DNA of 64,000 nucleotides from Perkinsus olseni (Eukaryota): NCBI GenBank assembly GCA_013115125.1, contig JABANN010000085.1, positions 1 to 64,000 of the forward strand, read 5' to 3'. Shown piece by piece: positions 60,548 to 64,000 of this stretch (position 1 is its first letter; each line of letters starts with the position of its first letter). The notes under the pieces were generated by a model. It saw only the letters and a program-made list of their open reading frames with translations, ran no database searches and was not told where the DNA came from. The position numbers and the translations under genes were made by a program.

Positions 60548-63500
60548 ATGGCTGCTGCAGAGAAGGACGACACTCGCCAGGCGGCATCCATTTATGAACT
60601 TTGCATGAAGCTTGGCCATGAACTTGATGATGTGCGAGATCGCGCAGTGAGGGCGTTGATGACCAAGACCTCCACTGGTCTGACCAGCCCCATTACTGTT
60701 GCTCGTAAGGTCGAAGGATTCTTCTACCAGACCTGACGCTCATCTCTCAGGAGTCGTAGAGTTCCCACAGCTGGCTCTACACTGGTTGAACGATCGCCAC
60801 AGGACAGCCCACACAGACCTTGTTAAGTCCTTCATCAAATTCTACACGTCAGTCGTGGCCACTTGTGTGGCTGAGAATGCCCATCTAAGAGAGAGGTAAG
60901 GACTTCACGCGTCGTTTGGCTGGGAACTGTGGCCCCGGCGTGCGACCCCACGTATCCATTACCCGGGAGGAGCGCCTCAATAGGTTCATCTCTAGCGGAG
61001 CGATAGATTTTTTCGAGGATTTCCGCGGCTTTGAAGCCCGGTGAGTATCGTCCTTCCGTGGTTGCCTCTGATCATTCATGGGAAGCAGATACGCTGAGGA
61101 GATTGACGCTGCCTTGTCGTGTCTTCTGAGCCAAACGGGTCCATCGTCCTCGGTCGTCCAGCGGCCACCAAAGACTCCCCGACCGCCTCCCGGCCACGCT
61201 GCTGTGGAGGCCGAGGCCGCCAAGACTCGACCGAGTTGGATCGAACTGGTTGCCGTCTCTAGTGCCGGTCAGTTCTTCAAGGACTCCTAGACTCCCGGCC
61301 TAGTGAGCATCGCTGATGATCAGATGAGAGGCGTCTTTTTGAAGCGTCGTGTAGAATAAAGTATTCGAGTGTTGGGCGGAGCAAGCGTGTAGCTGCTCTC
61401 AACGAGGTGAACTCACTGGTCCCCGCGTACAGAAGAACTCGGGCTAGGTCCGATACCTGATGGTTTATGATTATCCTGCGGAGGTGTTCTTCAGCAAGCA
61501 TGGTGTGCTCATTTGCGAGGCCCTGGTGGCAGCACTGGCGGACAACATCGAACAGCCAGAGGTGAGGTCTGCGGGAAATGGGTCGTCGAATCGGTATTGA
61601 GGGTCAGGACGCGAGGACCGAGGACCCAACGTGCAAGCTAGTGTCTGAAGCGCTCCACGCGGTTCTCCTGGGGCTCGAGAAAAAACTGAAACTAAACGAA
61701 AAGTACGGCGGGCCTCGAGCGATTCGAGAAATCTCCCATCCTTCAGGCTGTCCGTGGAGCCTTGTATCCCGACGATTCATCTCATACTAGTAGCAGTCGT
61801 CAGCGCCATAGTGCACAGCTCCTCGGCGGCCGTCATGAGCGCCCTGCAACGGTCAGCTAACACGGCTATCGAGATCCTGCAGCGTGGCGAGAAGGGAGCC
61901 AGAATGTAGGCCGATACTCTAGGGAAGCCTCTGCGGCTCGGAGTCGCCGGGCCCTATGGCGGCCAGGAGGAAGAGAGCTTTGTGTAGGCGATGCTTCTTC
62001 GACCTCGGCCTTGCTCGGGAGGAGATAATCAAGTACTTGGATCTCGTTGCCGACGCTCTGGCCCGATACTTCTGCCCGTCGGAGTACTATGAGGTATGCC
62101 AGAGGCAGTCGGGGTGGTCGGAGTCATCATCGCTCAGGCATCAGCAGTGCTGAGCTTGGTGAGGGCATGGACGCCGACGAGGCTGGCTGTCTTCGACTTG
62201 TGCTCGGAGTTGCTGGTCATGTCGAGAGATGTCTTTGTGCAGAGGAAGAGAAACGAGAAGCTTGTGGGGCATCTCAGAAGCTGGTCTCTGGTGAGTTTTC
62301 GAGGGGGGGCTCCTTCAGCTGCGTAGCCGTAGAGTCATCGCGGTCTCCCCCATCCAGTCTTCACTTTTCCAATAATTGCAGCAGCGGTCAGAATGTGAAG
62401 AGGGGCCTAGAGATTCCTGCCACCACATCGCGCCGCTCACTATCGATTATAAGTGTCTTCATCCTGCACTCGAAGCGGATAAAGAAATTATCAAGTTGCT
62501 ATCATGCGCGGAACATCGGGTGGTGTGTGACAATACTTCATGTCAATCCTTGGGCTATGCTCGTATCCTTGCACGCTCGAAGTGTCTCTCGTTTCCAGGA
62601 CCCTCAACTCTACCATCATCGGCCGGAATTGGTGGAAGAGTTGGTCGCCTCAGTGCTGCAGTCCGTCTCAATAGAAGCCTATCGGGACTTCCGCGCTCTC
62701 CACGCCTCCGAGGGGCAAGAACAACCTGAGGAGCTATCAGAGGCCGCCAAGGCTGCTCGCCAATTAAGCGCGATGGGCTTCGAAGACGAGGAGTACCACT
62801 GGAGCGGCGACTCTTATGCAGCAGTAGAGTTGCGCTATGCAACGACCGACATCCCCGAGGCCCACCGCGTGGCTTATGAGAGGAAATTGGACGTCCTTCT
62901 GTCGTCCAGACCGCCACTTGAGGTCGCCGCCGCTTCTTCGAGGACAGCGGAGATGATCTTCGGCCAGTATCGCACGACGCTTCGTCATGCCTTCACCGTG
63001 GGTAGACCTAGGCTGCGTGACAAAGTGACTGAAGCCATGCAGTGTATCATCACCGCCATGGACTCGCGGAGGCAGCTGTCTTTGGTGCCGGAAGAGTTCC
63101 TCCTAGACTTGGTTACTCTGGCCTGTAACGGAGTAAAGCAGAAGTCCTTCAGACCGTCCTTGTGGTTGCCGTTCATTCTCCTCCTCCTGCAATCCGACGG
63201 TCTGCGTGAGATTACTCTGCACTCGGTCAGGCTGCTGTGCACTATGGTGATTCATCTGGGTCCGAATGTCGTCAGCACCGATGTCCTGCAGCTCGGAATC
63301 GTCCCCTATGTTATTCGCCCGATGGCTAACTGTGGGACGGCCTGCCACTTCATGGTCACCGGCTCACTGTGGCTCCTGTATGCTACGTCAATCGACACTA
63401 AGGAGCTCAGGAACACTCTGATGCCGCTGACTCATGCAGGGAACACGGTCCTCACCCGTCGACTGGCTTGGCGGGCCCTTGCCGAGCACTTCTCGGAGGA

Positions 63501-64000
63501 CCTCGAGGAGAGAGCTGTGGACTGTGCGTTGAGTGAGGAGTGCGAAGTGGAAGTTAGACTCGAGTGCTTGCGCATCATGGAGACCAACATGAGTCGTTCC
63601 ATCGCCGCCAAAGTCGTCCAAAAGCTCCCTTCCCTCATGGGTGTTGAGCAGCTGCCGCAGCTTCCCGATGACGCAATGCGGGAAGCGGTCGTGAGCGTGA
63701 TGGGAGCGATAGAGGACGAGGAATCGTTGAAGGCTCTGGCCCGGGAGCTCACCAAGATGAATCTTTGGAGTGCGGTGATCGACTCGGGAAGGTAGGCTAT
63801 CTTGGTTCCAGCAAGGCTGGCTCGTAATTCCTTCCTGTCAGTCCATCTGGTGTTTGGAGCCTAGTCTCGCGATGCATGGACCTCGACTCAGAGCTGTTGC
63901 CCTACCTCAGTATGCATACCACCCTTTTCGATGCCTCCCGAGCCATGCCACTGTGTGGCCCTATGCTCCAAGTAAGACGACCGGCACGACGGCGCTTCCG
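60548..64000 (+). CDS. RTTN: Rotatin-like centriole/cilium protein, multi-exon, truncated by the window end
   Basis: N-terminus LCMKLGHELDDVRDRAVRALMTK...LALHWLN resembles the rotatin N-terminal domain, followed by long helical ARM-like exons. Confidence 0.7.

Overview
Intron-rich eukaryotic genomic DNA. Gene content, short GT-AG introns and the hypothetical secreted family suggest an alveolate protist such as Perkinsus; this is my inference, not a database result. Conserved genes: MSH6 (-), mitochondrial FAD glycerol-3-phosphate dehydrogenase (-), LSm14/Scd6 (-), a large membrane protein, a MORN-repeat protein, a YbaK-like protein, SF3A1/Prp21, a TatD nuclease and rotatin (runs off the window). 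The window opens with the 3' end of a non-LTR retrotransposon. About 17 kb (7.5-24.3 kb) is an accessory tandem array of an intronless, signal-peptide-bearing gene family with one intact copy and seven disrupted ones. The array lies between MSH6 and G3PDH and is bracketed by repeated copies of their intergenic junction. The most striking signal is a stereotyped 22-nt scar, [8-mer bases 1-7][reverse complement of the 8-mer][8-mer bases 2-8]. I found it by eye 21 times, 20 of them in the array, and several have empty sites in paralogous copies. The geometry matches hairpin-type (hAT/RAG-like) excision followed by annealing of the two opened hairpins, and some scars frameshift family members. Two unrelated genes also carry ~55-nt introns built from a tRNA 3' half. 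Exon boundaries are hand-read and approximate.
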